From contig NZ_JBDOQU010000013.1 of the NCBI RefSeq assembly GCF_039839375.1, forward strand, positions 71,727-103,726: 32,000 nucleotides of DNA, in the 5' to 3' direction. This document shows, in pieces, positions 1-8,687 of this stretch (the stretch's first letter is position 1; each line of letters begins with the position of its first letter). Below the pieces are notes generated by a model. That model ran no database searches and was not told the DNA's origin. It was given only the letters and a program-made list of their open reading frames with translations. Position numbers and translations under genes: made by a program. The stretch comes from Inquilinus sp. CAU 1745. GTDB lineage: Bacteria; Pseudomonadota; Alphaproteobacteria; DSM-16000; Inquilinaceae.

Positions 1-808
1 CCCAAGGCGTCCAGACATAGTCCTCCAGCACCGTGGACACGGCGAGCGCCACCACCGGGAACAGCACCGTCGCGTAAGCCGCCCGGTCGGCCCCGACGCG
101 CGCGACCAGCGAGAGGTAGGCGAGAAAGGCCAGAATCGAGCCGGGAATGGCGAGGTAGAGCAGGCTGAGGAGATAGGCGGGTGAGAGATCGATCGCGAAG
201 CCGCGGCCGCGCGCCAGGACCAGAAGGGCGAGGAAGACGGCGCCCCACGTCATGCCGCGCGCCACCGCGTTCGGCAGGTCGACCCCATCGCTCGCGGCGC
301 GCAGCGACACGAGATTGCCGAGCGAGAAGACGAAGGTGCCGCCGAGCGCCAGGGCGACCCCGTAGGCCACCGCACCGCCCGCCTCCATTCGTGCAAAGTC
401 CGCTCCGAACAGGAGCGCGATGCCGGCGATCCCCAATGCCGCGCCGAGAAGAACGCGCCTGCTCGGCCGCCTGCCGAGGAAGACCCACTGGTTGACGGCG
501 TTGAAGACGGTGGCGGCCGAGAACAGGACGGACACGATGCCGCTCGCGACGTGCTGCGTCGCCTCGTAGATCAGCACGAAGTTGAGCCCGAACAGGCTGG
601 CGCCCATCAGCGCGAACCAGCGGTGCTGCGACAGCGGCGCCGGCTTCAGCCGCCCCGTCAGCGCGAGCCCTGCCCAGAGAACCATGGCGGCGAGGACAAA
701 GCGGTAGAAGATGGATGCTTCCATCGGCACCGGGCCGAGCTGGAGCTTGATGGCGTACCAGGTGAAGCCCCAGGCCAGAACAAGCGTTGCGAACAGGAAA
801 GGGATCAT
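1..808 (-). CDS. DMT (EamA-like) family membrane transporter; 3' end runs off the window start
   Basis: Absent from the ORF track because it has no in-window stop. Reverse translation from the ATG at 808 gives MIPFLFATLVLAWGFTWYAIKLQLGPVPMEASIFYRFVLAAMVLWAGLAL... with continuous hydrophobic helices to position 1 and high GC3. GAGG lies ~10 nt upstream and an in-frame TGA sits just upstream of the ATG. It is divergent to an AraC regulator. The + strand ORFs 181..495 and the first ~400 nt of 551..1909 are its shadows. Confidence 0.75.
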   Translation of the reverse strand, partial: MIPFLFATLVLAWGFTWYAIKLQLGPVPMEASIFYRFVLAAMVLWAGLALTGRLKPAPLSQHRWFALMGASLFGLNFVLIYEATQHVASGIVSVLFSAATVFNAVNQWVFLGRRPSRRVLLGAALGIAGIALLFGADFARMEAGGAVAYGVALALGGTFVFSLGNLVSLRAASDGVDLPNAVARGMTWGAVFLALLVLARGRGFAIDLSPAYLLSLLYLAIPGSILAFLAYLSLVARVGADRAAYATVLFPVVALAVSTVLEDYVWTPW

Positions 809-928
809 CGGCCGCAGCCTCGTGACATATCATGCATGGTCGCGTTGTGCCGCAGAGCGCGCGGTCCGTCTGGCGCCGGCTTGCTCTCCTTGTCACGATC
901 TTGCTGTAAACTGGTCCGGAGACAGCCC

Positions 929-1909
929 ATGCCGCTTGCGGCAGCCGCACTCTCCGTGTTTCCTCACCAGCGGTTCACCGGCAGATTGAACGGAATGAGT
1001 GCGACGGACCTTGGCGGCTACACCGTTTTCGACCAGTTGCGGCGCGAGGGCGTGCCGCTGCGCGTTTCAGCGCGCCTGGGCGATGGTGTCGGGGCGGCTC
1101 TGTGGGACCGCAACGAGATAGCGTGGACCAAGTACGAAAACCCCGGTCACCACACCCTCAGCCTCTATGTCGAGGGCGGCAGCGGGATCAGCCGCCGCGG
1201 CGGCCGGGCCGCTCTCGAAAGCGCGGGAGCGGGCAGCCTGTGCCTGATGCCCTCGGACCTGACCACCGATTGGGACGTCAGCGGCGAGGTGCGGCTGTTT
1301 CACCTCTACATCCCGCGCGCGGCCTTCGACCGGGTCGTGGTGGAGGCGCTGGATGCCGACCCCGCGCGGGTGTCGCTGCGCGATGCGACCTACTTCCATG
1401 ACGCCTACCTGGAAGCCGCCATTCGAGGCGCCGTGCTGCCGTTGAGCTGGGATGAGCCGGCTGACAGGCTAGCCGTCAGCCATGCGAGCCAGATGATGCT
1501 CGCCTATCTCGCCTCCCGCTTCACGGACAGGGGCTCCTTCCCGCTGGCTGCCCGCGGCGGACTGTCACCCGGCGTGCTGCGCCGGGTAACAGAGTTCATG
1601 GACGCCCACGTCGACCGGCCGCTTTGCCTCGGAGATCTTGCTGGCGTGGCGGGCCTCAGCGCCTTTCATTTCGCCCGCGCCTTCAAGCGGTCGACCGGCC
1701 AGAGCCCGCACGATTACCTGCTGCGCCAGCGGATCGAGCGGGCCAAGCGACTGATCGAGACCGGGCAAGGCTCGCTCGCCGAGATCGCACTGAGCTGCGG
1801 TTTCAGCGGGCAGAGCCACTTCACAGCGCGGTTTCGGCAGGTCACCAGTCTGACGCCGGGGCAGTTCCAGCGCGCCACCGGCGCATCTCGCAGAGCCAAG
1901 GCGCACTAA
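929..1909 (+). CDS. AraC family transcriptional regulator
   Basis: C-terminal AraC HTH region (LCLGDLAGVAGLSAFHFARAFKRSTGQSPHDYLLRQRIERAKRLI...IALSCGFSGQSHFTARFRQVTSLTPGQF). The track ORF start at 551 overlaps the divergent transporter and is rejected. The ATG at 929 has GGAG 7 nt upstream; the ATG at 995 is an alternative start. Confidence 0.8.
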   Translation: MPLAAAALSVFPHQRFTGRLNGMSATDLGGYTVFDQLRREGVPLRVSARLGDGVGAALWDRNEIAWTKYENPGHHTLSLYVEGGSGISRRGGRAALESAGAGSLCLMPSDLTTDWDVSGEVRLFHLYIPRAAFDRVVVEALDADPARVSLRDATYFHDAYLEAAIRGAVLPLSWDEPADRLAVSHASQMMLAYLASRFTDRGSFPLAARGGLSPGVLRRVTEFMDAHVDRPLCLGDLAGVAGLSAFHFARAFKRSTGQSPHDYLLRQRIERAKRLIETGQGSLAEIALSCGFSGQSHFTARFRQVTSLTPGQFQRATGASRRAKAH

Positions 1910-2141
1910 GCGGAGCTGCGGGCAGTCGCAAATATCGGGATTTCTGCGACTTGAGATGCGACGGCGGACCGGTAGAGACGCAGCGCGTCGGCCGTCCGGG
2001 CCTCCAATTATACGCGGTCGACGCCGCAATCCCGCATCGACACGCCTCACTTTCGCGATCATCCTCATCTGAGGATTTGTCGTGATGCACCGTGGAGCGC
2101 GCCGATGATCGCCGCAGCACGATCTTGGTCGTCGAGGTGCT

Positions 2142-2828
2142 TCAGCCGTCGCCGCCAGCTTCTATCCGGGAGACCACCGCATCGAGGTCGCGGCGGAATG
2201 CTTCCGGCGTATAGGGGGTCGCCACCACAGCGCCCTTCAGCGCGGGCCAAGGGATCAGAAGCTCGAACTCAATGTCCCGCAGGCGTGACAGGCTCTCAAG
2301 GAAGGCCCGGCGATCGCTGCTTTCGAGGAGCACGCCCCGCAGCTCGCCGTCTTTGACGAGAAGGCTGTCCGCGGTGAATAGGCATCTCGCGTCCGGACCA
2401 TGCCAGAGATACGCCGTCGAGCCAGGCGTATGGCCGGGAATGGGAATGGCCCTGAGGTCGGGTCTGATCTGCCGGGCATCGTCGAACGTCTGGGCAATCG
2501 CGACTTTCTTTTCCGCCTCCTCGCGATCTGCCTCATGGATGATGACGGGCGTTCCTAGCCGATCCGCGATCGCTTGAGCGCCGGTGATCCCCTCGTGCCA
2601 GTGGCCGAGCCAGAGCGCTCCCGCGCCCCCGAGCCGGTCGATCGCGCTGGCGCTGCGGAGCGCGCCCTCGCTGGCGTTAAGCAGGAGGTTTCCGTCGTCG
2701 CTGCAGATGAGAAAGGACCGCACCACCTCGTCGGGCGCGAAGCTGAGCTCCTGAGGGGCGCTCGCGAAGAGGTTCGTTGTTATCGGATCAAGCGCTTCCA
2801 TTTCGGGCGAAGCTGCTTGGATGTTCAT
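2142..2828 (-). CDS. MBL-fold protein with degenerate metal motif (predicted SoxR target)
   Basis: 228 aa. MBL-like blocks are GHTPGSTAY and FTADSLL, but the HxHxDH position reads HWHEGI. GGAG lies 7 nt upstream of the ATG. It sits directly downstream of the SoxR-box promoter. Confidence 0.7.
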   Translation of the reverse strand: MNIQAASPEMEALDPITTNLFASAPQELSFAPDEVVRSFLICSDDGNLLLNASEGALRSASAIDRLGGAGALWLGHWHEGITGAQAIADRLGTPVIIHEADREEAEKKVAIAQTFDDARQIRPDLRAIPIPGHTPGSTAYLWHGPDARCLFTADSLLVKDGELRGVLLESSDRRAFLESLSRLRDIEFELLIPWPALKGAVVATPYTPEAFRRDLDAVVSRIEAGGDG

Positions 2829-2862
2829 CGGTCTGCTCCTTGTCCGTGTTGAAGGAGCACCT

Positions 2863-2893
2863 TAGATAGAACCTCAACCATAGTTGAGGTCAA
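2863..2893 (-). promoter_or_regulatory. MerR-type promoter with SoxR box (palindrome 2872..2889)
   Basis: The minus strand reads TTGACC-(19 nt: TCAACTATGGTTGAGGTTC)-TATCTA. The 18-bp palindrome CCTCAACTATGGTTGAGG has 7-bp perfect arms. It overlaps the -35 by CC and ends 3 nt before the -10, the same geometry as the E. coli soxS promoter. Confidence 0.75.
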
Positions 2894-2909
2894 GGCTTTC
2901 CGACGAGAA

Positions 2910-3353
2910 ATGTCAAAACGTCTCGAAATGCTCTCGGCGGGTCAGATCGCGCAGCGCAGCGGCGTCGCGGTTTCTGCGCTGCACTTCTACGAGCGCAACG
3001 GGCTTATCTCCGCAATGCGCAGCGCCGGAAATCAGCGCCGCTATGCGCGGGCCGTGCTGCGAAGGGTGGCGATCATTCGCGTGGCCACGGAGCTCGGCAT
3101 TCCGCTCTCTGCGGTGAAGACGGCCTTCGACAGCCTTCCGCGCGACCGCGTTCCGACCGCGTCGGACTGGGAGCGCATCGCGTCGGGTTGGCGCGCCATG
3201 CTGGACGAGCGGATCACGCGCACGGTGCTGCTACGCGACCGCCTGGCCGACTGTATCGGCTGCGGCTGCCTTTCGGTCAGCGCCTGTCCCCTCGCCAATC
3301 CCGACGATATCGCCGCGGAACGCGGCACCGGCGCGGTGGAGCTGGAGCCGTGA
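2910..3353 (+). CDS. soxR: Redox-sensitive transcriptional activator SoxR (MerR family, 2Fe-2S)
   Basis: MerR HTH (SAGQIAQRSGVAVSALHFYERNGLI), NQRRY, and the diagnostic cluster motif CIGCGCLSVSACPLANP near the C-terminus. Confidence 0.92.
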   Translation: MSKRLEMLSAGQIAQRSGVAVSALHFYERNGLISAMRSAGNQRRYARAVLRRVAIIRVATELGIPLSAVKTAFDSLPRDRVPTASDWERIASGWRAMLDERITRTVLLRDRLADCIGCGCLSVSACPLANPDDIAAERGTGAVELEP

Positions 3354-3572
3354 CGACAGTCGCTCGTTGCGAATATTTCGATTAAAACGATGGTTTTGCG
3401 CCTGATTCTTGCAACCTCGCAGAACGAGACTCCCGAGACAACGATGTAGGTCTGCTTCGGGTCGTGAGCTGAAGGACAGCCTATGCGTGTCGCGGTCGGA
3501 AAGCCGACTTTCCGCTTTCGGCCCAACCTGGGCCTTGCGGGTCGCATGTCCAAAAGGCCTCCTGGCGAAGGC

Positions 3573-3998
3573 TCACGACCCCACGAAATGGAGCGTCCAC
3601 TCGTCGCGCTTCCCAGAACACAGGCGGTCCAAAGCCCGGCCGAACACATCCTCGTCCGGAGCGGCCGCTTCGAACAAGGTCATCGAGGACCGGAACTTGA
3701 GGTCATCGGGCGAGCCGAACATCTCGTGCAGCGAGCTGCCTTGGCTCTCCAGTACTGTCCGCGTGCAGAGCGTTAGCCGCGGGCCCAGCAGCTCGTGCAG
3801 GAGATAAGCCCGCGCCTCGTCGAGAGAGGCAATCCCATAAAGCTGCGCCGTTGAGGAATGACCGAGCCCGCGTAACTGAGGGAAGACGAACCACATCCAG
3901 TGGCTCTTCTTCCGGGCGGCTTTCAGCTCCGCAAGCGCGGTGTCGAACACCGGCGCCTGTGCCGTGACGAAGCGCTCGAGATCGAACGGATTGGCCAT
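3573..3998 (-). CDS. DUF1810 family protein
   Basis: MANPFDLERFVTAQAPVFDTALAELKAARKKSHWMWFVFPQLRGLGHSSTAQLYGI..DDLKFRSSMTLF matches the family signature as I remember it. The start is taken at the ATG at 3998, which overlaps the xth stop (TGATG). The track start at 4064 lies inside xth. Confidence 0.8.
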   Translation of the reverse strand: MANPFDLERFVTAQAPVFDTALAELKAARKKSHWMWFVFPQLRGLGHSSTAQLYGIASLDEARAYLLHELLGPRLTLCTRTVLESQGSSLHEMFGSPDDLKFRSSMTLFEAAAPDEDVFGRALDRLCSGKRDEWTLHFVGS

Positions 3999-4816
3999 CA
4001 CGAAACTGCCTTTGCTGGTGCGAGGGTTCTTCTGCGCTTCGGCACCTCGGCAAGCTCGATCCATGTCGGCGCATGATCGCTGGTCTTCTCCCAGCCGCGC
4101 ACCTGACGGTCGACCCCAGCAGCGGCCAACCGAGGGGCGATGGAGGGGCTGAGCAGCAGATGATCTATCCGCAGGCCGGCATCGCGGCCATAGGCGTTCC
4201 GAAAGTAATCCCAGAACGTATAGATCCGCTCATCCGGATGAAGTTTACGCAGCGCGTCCGTCCATCCCTGCGCGACGAGGCGGCGATAGGTTTCGCGCAC
4301 CTCGGGGCGGAACAGCGCGTCGTCGAGCCAGCGCTCCGGTTTATAGACGTCGAGATTCGTGGGCATAACGTTGTAGTCCCCGGCGAGGACGACCGGCAGC
4401 CCAGTCGCCAGCAGGTCGGCCGCATGGGCCGAGAAGCGCTCGAACCAGCGGAGCTTGTAGTCGAACTTCGGCCCGGGCGCGGGGTTGCCGTTCGGTAGAT
4501 ACAGGCAGCCGATCAGGACGCCCTTCACAGCCGCCTCGATATAGCGGCTGTGTGTGTCGTCGGGATCCCCGGGGAGACTGCGACGGGTCTCGTGAAGCTC
4601 TGCTCCCCGCGCGAGGATGGCGACGCCGTTCCAGCTCTTCTGCCCGTGCCAGATGGCGCTGTAGCCCGCGTCGCCGATCGCCGCTTCCGGGAATTTCTCC
4701 GGCGGCGCCTTCAGCTCTTGCAGGCACACCACGTCGGGCGCCGCTTCCGCCAGCCATCGGAGCAGGACGGTCAAGCGTCCGTTGACGCCGTTCACGTTGT
4801 AGGTGGCGATCTTCAT
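3998..4816 (-). CDS. xth: Exodeoxyribonuclease III
   Basis: MKIATYNVNGVNGRL..VVCLQELK..WHGQKSWNGVAILAR..LAGDYNVMP..RIDHLLLSP..SDHAPTWIEL, the canonical ExoIII/AP-endonuclease motifs. Confidence 0.92.
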   Translation of the reverse strand: MKIATYNVNGVNGRLTVLLRWLAEAAPDVVCLQELKAPPEKFPEAAIGDAGYSAIWHGQKSWNGVAILARGAELHETRRSLPGDPDDTHSRYIEAAVKGVLIGCLYLPNGNPAPGPKFDYKLRWFERFSAHAADLLATGLPVVLAGDYNVMPTNLDVYKPERWLDDALFRPEVRETYRRLVAQGWTDALRKLHPDERIYTFWDYFRNAYGRDAGLRIDHLLLSPSIAPRLAAAGVDRQVRGWEKTSDHAPTWIELAEVPKRRRTLAPAKAVS

Positions 4817-5239
4817 CTGCTTGGTATCAGACAGAACCTGAAATTCCCGGCATTATTGGAACCGATGCTATCGCACGTCAGCTACCGACGTTTGGACAGC
4901 GCTTCTGCGCAGAAGATGTCGAGCGCTGTGATGAGAGCGACATTCGCGAAAGCGCCCGCGGCGACCGAGCGCTGCGGATTGTCGCGGTTGAATGCAGGGG
5001 CGAGGCCAGCGAGATCCAGGGCGTCGCCAGCCACGCGCGCCCACACCCCGGCGTCGGATCCTCGGATAGGAGGATGCCCAGCCCGGCGCCGATCTCGCGG
5101 AGCCCGTAAGCACCGGTCACGTTCCTGGCGAGGCGGCCCGGTTAGCGCGTTGAACATTGTCCGGCGAGGGGTACCAAGGTCGGGGAGCCAAGCGAACCTG
5201 CATTGACGCTGCGTCGCGATCTGGCCTCGGCCCTCGAAC

Positions 5240-6085
5240 TCATGCACCGGGCCGCAGCGACTTCGGTAACGCGATCTCCTCGAAATGCTCGGCCAGACGG
5301 TGCAGCGTCTCCAGCATCACCGGCCCGGCCATCGCCCGGCCATGGCCCGTCACGAGCAGATCCGGATCCAGCGCTGCCAGCCGCCGCACGGACGCGGCGG
5401 CGGCTGTCCAGTCCGGCGTGAAATAGCGCGGCGGTCCATGCATCTCGGGCTCCTGGACGGCGATCTCGTAGGCTGATTCCTGTCCCGTCGTGATGATCGC
5501 GTCACCCGCGATTAGTGTTCGGTCCCCTTCGCGCCAGAAGGATACATGGCCAGGCGTGTGACCGGGCGTGTGGAGCCATCGCCATCCCGGCAGGAACGGC
5601 ACGCTGCCGTCCTCCGGAAGAGTCTGGAGGCGGCGGGAGACGTCGATGGGCGAGCGGGGAAACAAGGGGGCGAGCTTGGGCATGATCCCGCCGTCGGCGC
5701 CGGTGTCCGGCGCGGGATAGGACTGGCGTCCGGTGAGGAAGGGGTGCTCCAGCGGGTGAGCGTAGATCGGCGCGTCCCACGCCTCGCTTAGATCCTCGAG
5801 GGCGCCGATGTGATCGAAATGGCCGTGCGTCTGGATGATCGCCGCCGGACGTGACGACGCTCCGAAGCGCGACGCGGCACCGGCGATGATCTCCTTCTTG
5901 GTGCCAGTGACGCCCGTGTCGATCAGCACCCAGCCGCGATCGCCAGGATCCGGGGGACCGACGAAGGCGACGTTGACCATCGCTGCACGTAGGTAGGCTA
6001 CGTCGGTCCGCACTTCGCGAACATGGGCGGCATCGACCTGCTCGGGCGCGCGTGCGCTCTCCGGCAGTGGAATCTGGACGGCCAT
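5240..6085 (-). CDS. MBL-fold metallo-hydrolase
   Basis: Canonical THGHFDHIG motif, HTPGHTPGH, and VTGHG near the C-terminus. The start is chosen at MAVQIPLPE (ATG at 6085) with GAGGAGA ~9 nt upstream; the track start is 6145. Confidence 0.85.
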   Translation of the reverse strand: MAVQIPLPESARAPEQVDAAHVREVRTDVAYLRAAMVNVAFVGPPDPGDRGWVLIDTGVTGTKKEIIAGAASRFGASSRPAAIIQTHGHFDHIGALEDLSEAWDAPIYAHPLEHPFLTGRQSYPAPDTGADGGIMPKLAPLFPRSPIDVSRRLQTLPEDGSVPFLPGWRWLHTPGHTPGHVSFWREGDRTLIAGDAIITTGQESAYEIAVQEPEMHGPPRYFTPDWTAAAASVRRLAALDPDLLVTGHGRAMAGPVMLETLHRLAEHFEEIALPKSLRPGA

Positions 6086-6344
6086 TGCCTTGGGTCTCCT
6101 CGTGAACAGCAAGGGCAACGTTCTAAGAAGGGGCATGTTGCACATGGAATTGCGCCCGCGATTGTGGAGAGCAATTTCGATTTCACGCGGCTGGCCCGCG
6201 ACTCATCTAAGAGCGGCAGTATGCTCGTCTCGTGGACGGCGCTTGAAGCGAAAGGGGGGCGCCTTAAGCGTCGCCACTTGCTTGTTTTGTCCGATCGGGT
6301 CCACGGATAATCAACCGGCGTGGGTTAGGCTGTTCAAAGTCATC

Positions 6345-7520
6345 TCAGCCGCCCGGGCGTAACACCACCTTGATGACGCCGTCCTTCTTGTCGCGGAACT
6401 TCTTGTACATTTCCGGCGCGTCTTCGAGATCGGCAGGGTGGGTGACGACGAAGCTTGGGTCGATCTGGCCCGCCTCGATCTTCTCGAGCAGCGGCTTGGT
6501 GTAGGCCTGGACGTGGGTCTGGCCCATCTTGAAGGTCAGCCCCTTGTTCATTGCCGCGCCGATCGGGATCTTGTCGCCCATGCCGACATAGACGCCGGGG
6601 ATGGAGATCGTCCCGCCCTTGCGGCAGCTGAAGATCGCTTCACGCAGAACGTGCACCCGGTCCGTGGCAAGCATCGTCACCGCTTTCACCTTATCGAGGA
6701 CGGCGTCCGCCGCGCCGTGGGCGGAGGCCTCGCAGCCGACCGCGTCGATGCAGCTGTCGGGGCCGCGCTTGTCGGTTCGCGCCATCAACTCGTCATAGAC
6801 ATCGACCTTGGAGAAATCGATCGTCTCTGCCCCGCCTGCCTCGGCCATGGCGAGACGCTCGGGCACTTCGTCGATCGCGATCACCCGGCCGGCTCCCATC
6901 ATCAGCGCCGAGCGGATGGCGAACTGGCCGACCGGTCCACAGCCCCAGATCGCGACGGTGTCGCCGTCCTTGATCTGGGCGTTCTCGGCGGCCATGTAGC
7001 CGGTCGGGAAGATGTCGGAGAGGAACAACGCCTGCTCATCGGAAAGGCTGTCCGGCACCTTGATCGGCCCGACGTCGGCCATAGGCACCCGCAGATATTC
7101 GGCCTGGCCGCCGCTGTAGCCGCCGAGCATGTGGCTGAAGCCGAAGAGGCCAGCCGGGGAGTGGCCCATCGCCTTGATCGCCATCTCGGCATTGGGGTTC
7201 GTCGTGTCGCAGCAGGAGAACATGCCGCGCTGGCAGAACCAGCATTGGCCGCAGCTGATGGTGAAAGGTACGACCACGCGGTCGCCGACTTTGAGGTTGG
7301 TCACCTCGGAGCCGAGCTCGATCACCTCGCCCATGTTCTCATGGCCCATGATGTCGCCGCTTTCCATCGTTGGCTGGTAGCCGTCGAGGAGGTGGAGATC
7401 CGAGCCGCAGATCGCACATGCGGTGATCTTGATGATCGCGTCGCGGGGATGTTGGATTTTCGGGTCGGGAACGGTGTCGACGCGAACGTCGCCTTTTCCA
7501 TGCCAGCATAGCGCGCGCAT
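6345..7520 (-). CDS. Zinc-dependent alcohol dehydrogenase family protein (glutathione-independent formaldehyde-dehydrogenase-like)
   Basis: 391 aa. Contains [18 protein letters not shown], the structural Zn Cys cluster [15 protein letters not shown], and the Rossmann motif IWGCGPVG. Confidence 0.9.
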   Translation of the reverse strand: MRALCWHGKGDVRVDTVPDPKIQHPRDAIIKITACAICGSDLHLLDGYQPTMESGDIMGHENMGEVIELGSEVTNLKVGDRVVVPFTISCGQCWFCQRGMFSCCDTTNPNAEMAIKAMGHSPAGLFGFSHMLGGYSGGQAEYLRVPMADVGPIKVPDSLSDEQALFLSDIFPTGYMAAENAQIKDGDTVAIWGCGPVGQFAIRSALMMGAGRVIAIDEVPERLAMAEAGGAETIDFSKVDVYDELMARTDKRGPDSCIDAVGCEASAHGAADAVLDKVKAVTMLATDRVHVLREAIFSCRKGGTISIPGVYVGMGDKIPIGAAMNKGLTFKMGQTHVQAYTKPLLEKIEAGQIDPSFVVTHPADLEDAPEMYKKFRDKKDGVIKVVLRPGG

Positions 7521-7640
7521 TGGTCCATCTCCTCGCTCTGGTAAAGACGATCAACCAGCGCGTCGGGACAATGTTCCGGACGAAAGTGCTCAGCCCTCGA
7601 TCTGCCGCGAGCAGGCGAAAAACGCAAAGCTGCGGTCTCC

Positions 7641-7925
7641 TCGGCCGCAGTCATGGCCTCGGTCGATGCAGATCATGTCGGCGCCGCTTCGGGGTTCAAC
7701 AGCGTAATGGCGAGGATCGGGGGTCTGATCGCGACGGCGGTCTTCGGGTTCGTGGTCGCGCAAGGCGCGTCTGAAGATTTTCTCGCGGGATTTCGTGCGG
7801 CGGTCTCGGTCGGCGCAGCGTCCGCGGGGATCGCTGCCGCCGCGGCGTTCCTGCTGGTCAGCCCAAAACGATCGACGCCGATGGGGTGGACAAAGGCCCG
7901 GACATCGAAAGGACTCCGACGATGA
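7641..7925 (+). pseudogene. 5'-truncated remnant of an MFS (DHA2-like) transporter, last ~2 TM helices only
   Basis: VMASVDADHVGAASGFNSVMARIGGLIATAVFGFVV...AAVSVGAASAGIAAAAAFLLV resembles the C-terminal helices of MFS efflux pumps. None of the three upstream + frames contains further MFS-like sequence, and the ADH gene abuts it on the other strand. Confidence 0.45.
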
Positions 7926-7953
7926 AGCCATGCTCCCATAGGCGAGCGTCGCC

Positions 7954-8613
7954 CTATGCAAGAAGGGCCTCGCGCTCCCTTCGCGATCCAGCCATGCGCT
8001 CGCGCGCCGATGCCAGGACCGAGGCCGAGGCCGTGTTCGGCAGGCCGGCGCCGAAGGGCGGAGCGGGCGCGTATTCGAGGGAAAGCTGGATCGTCTCGGC
8101 TTCCTCTCGGCCGAGAAGCTCCGCGATGACCGTCAGGCCGAAGTCTATGCCGGACGTCACGCCGCCGGCCGTCATGATCGGTCCGTCCCGAACGACCCTC
8201 TCCTCGACCGGGGTCGCGCCGAACCGTGGAAGGAAGTCGAGCGCGTTCCAGTGCGTAGTGGCGCGGCGACCGGAGAGGAGGCCCGCTTGGCCGAGAACGA
8301 GCGCTCCTGTACAGACCGACGTGACGAAACGCGCTCTCGATGCCTTGTCTCGGACGAAGGCCAGAACCTCCTCGTCGGACAAAAGCGCGTTCACGCCACT
8401 GCCGCCGGGCACGCAGAGAACATCGAAGTCCGGTGCGTCGGCAAGCCGCGTATCCGGCGTCAGCATGAGACCGGTTGCCGACCGGATCGGCTGGAGGTCC
8501 TTCCAGACGAGGTGAACCTCCGCACCCCTGGCCGAGGCGAACACCTCGTAGGGGCCGGTGAGGTCGAGCTGCTGGACATTGGGAAAGCAGAGAATGCCGA
8601 AGCGAAGGGGCAT
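7954..8613 (-). CDS. DJ-1/PfpI family protein
   Basis: MPLRFGILCFPNVQQLDLTGPYEVF..LCVPGG..nucleophile elbow SVCTGALVLGQAGLL..ATTHW. The start is at the ATG at 8613 with GAGGAA upstream; the track start is 8673. Confidence 0.88.
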   Translation of the reverse strand: MPLRFGILCFPNVQQLDLTGPYEVFASARGAEVHLVWKDLQPIRSATGLMLTPDTRLADAPDFDVLCVPGGSGVNALLSDEEVLAFVRDKASRARFVTSVCTGALVLGQAGLLSGRRATTHWNALDFLPRFGATPVEERVVRDGPIMTAGGVTSGIDFGLTVIAELLGREEAETIQLSLEYAPAPPFGAGLPNTASASVLASARERMAGSRREREALLA

Positions 8614-8687
8614 GGGGTCGTTCCTCTCTTGACGGACCCAACCTATGGCAGGACAAGTTGGCATACACGCCAATCTTCGCTCGTTTC

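Noticed and set aside
181-994. The + strand ORFs 181..495 and the 5' part of 551..1909 (Arg/Pro-rich).
   Set aside because: They lie antisense to a much more convincing DMT transporter ORF (hydrophobic helices, GC3 bias). These are typical high-GC shadow ORFs. The real AraC gene starts at 929 or 995.
3497-3521. Hairpin CGGAAAG-CCGA-CTTTCCG followed by CTTTCGG, considered as the soxR terminator.
   Set aside because: It lies ~140 nt after the soxR stop, the U-tract is poor, and the stem is short. It is not convincing enough to annotate.
6233-6307. The inverted repeat CGTGGAC...GTCCACG enclosing imperfect GC-rich sub-hairpins between the ADH stop and the MBL start. I considered it as a REP-like element, terminator or riboswitch.
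   Set aside because: The inner pairing is imperfect, there is no second copy in the window to support a repeat family, and it matches no riboswitch class I recognise.
6438-7511. A 357-aa + strand ORF opposite the ADH gene. Similar long antisense ORFs occur at 7673..8812, 13480..14202, 14438..15328, 18349..19599, 21721..22542 and 29991..30992.
   Set aside because: All are Arg/Ala/Gly/Pro-rich with no recognisable motifs, and each lies exactly opposite a gene with clear family signatures. This is the expected artefact of stop-codon-poor high-GC DNA.
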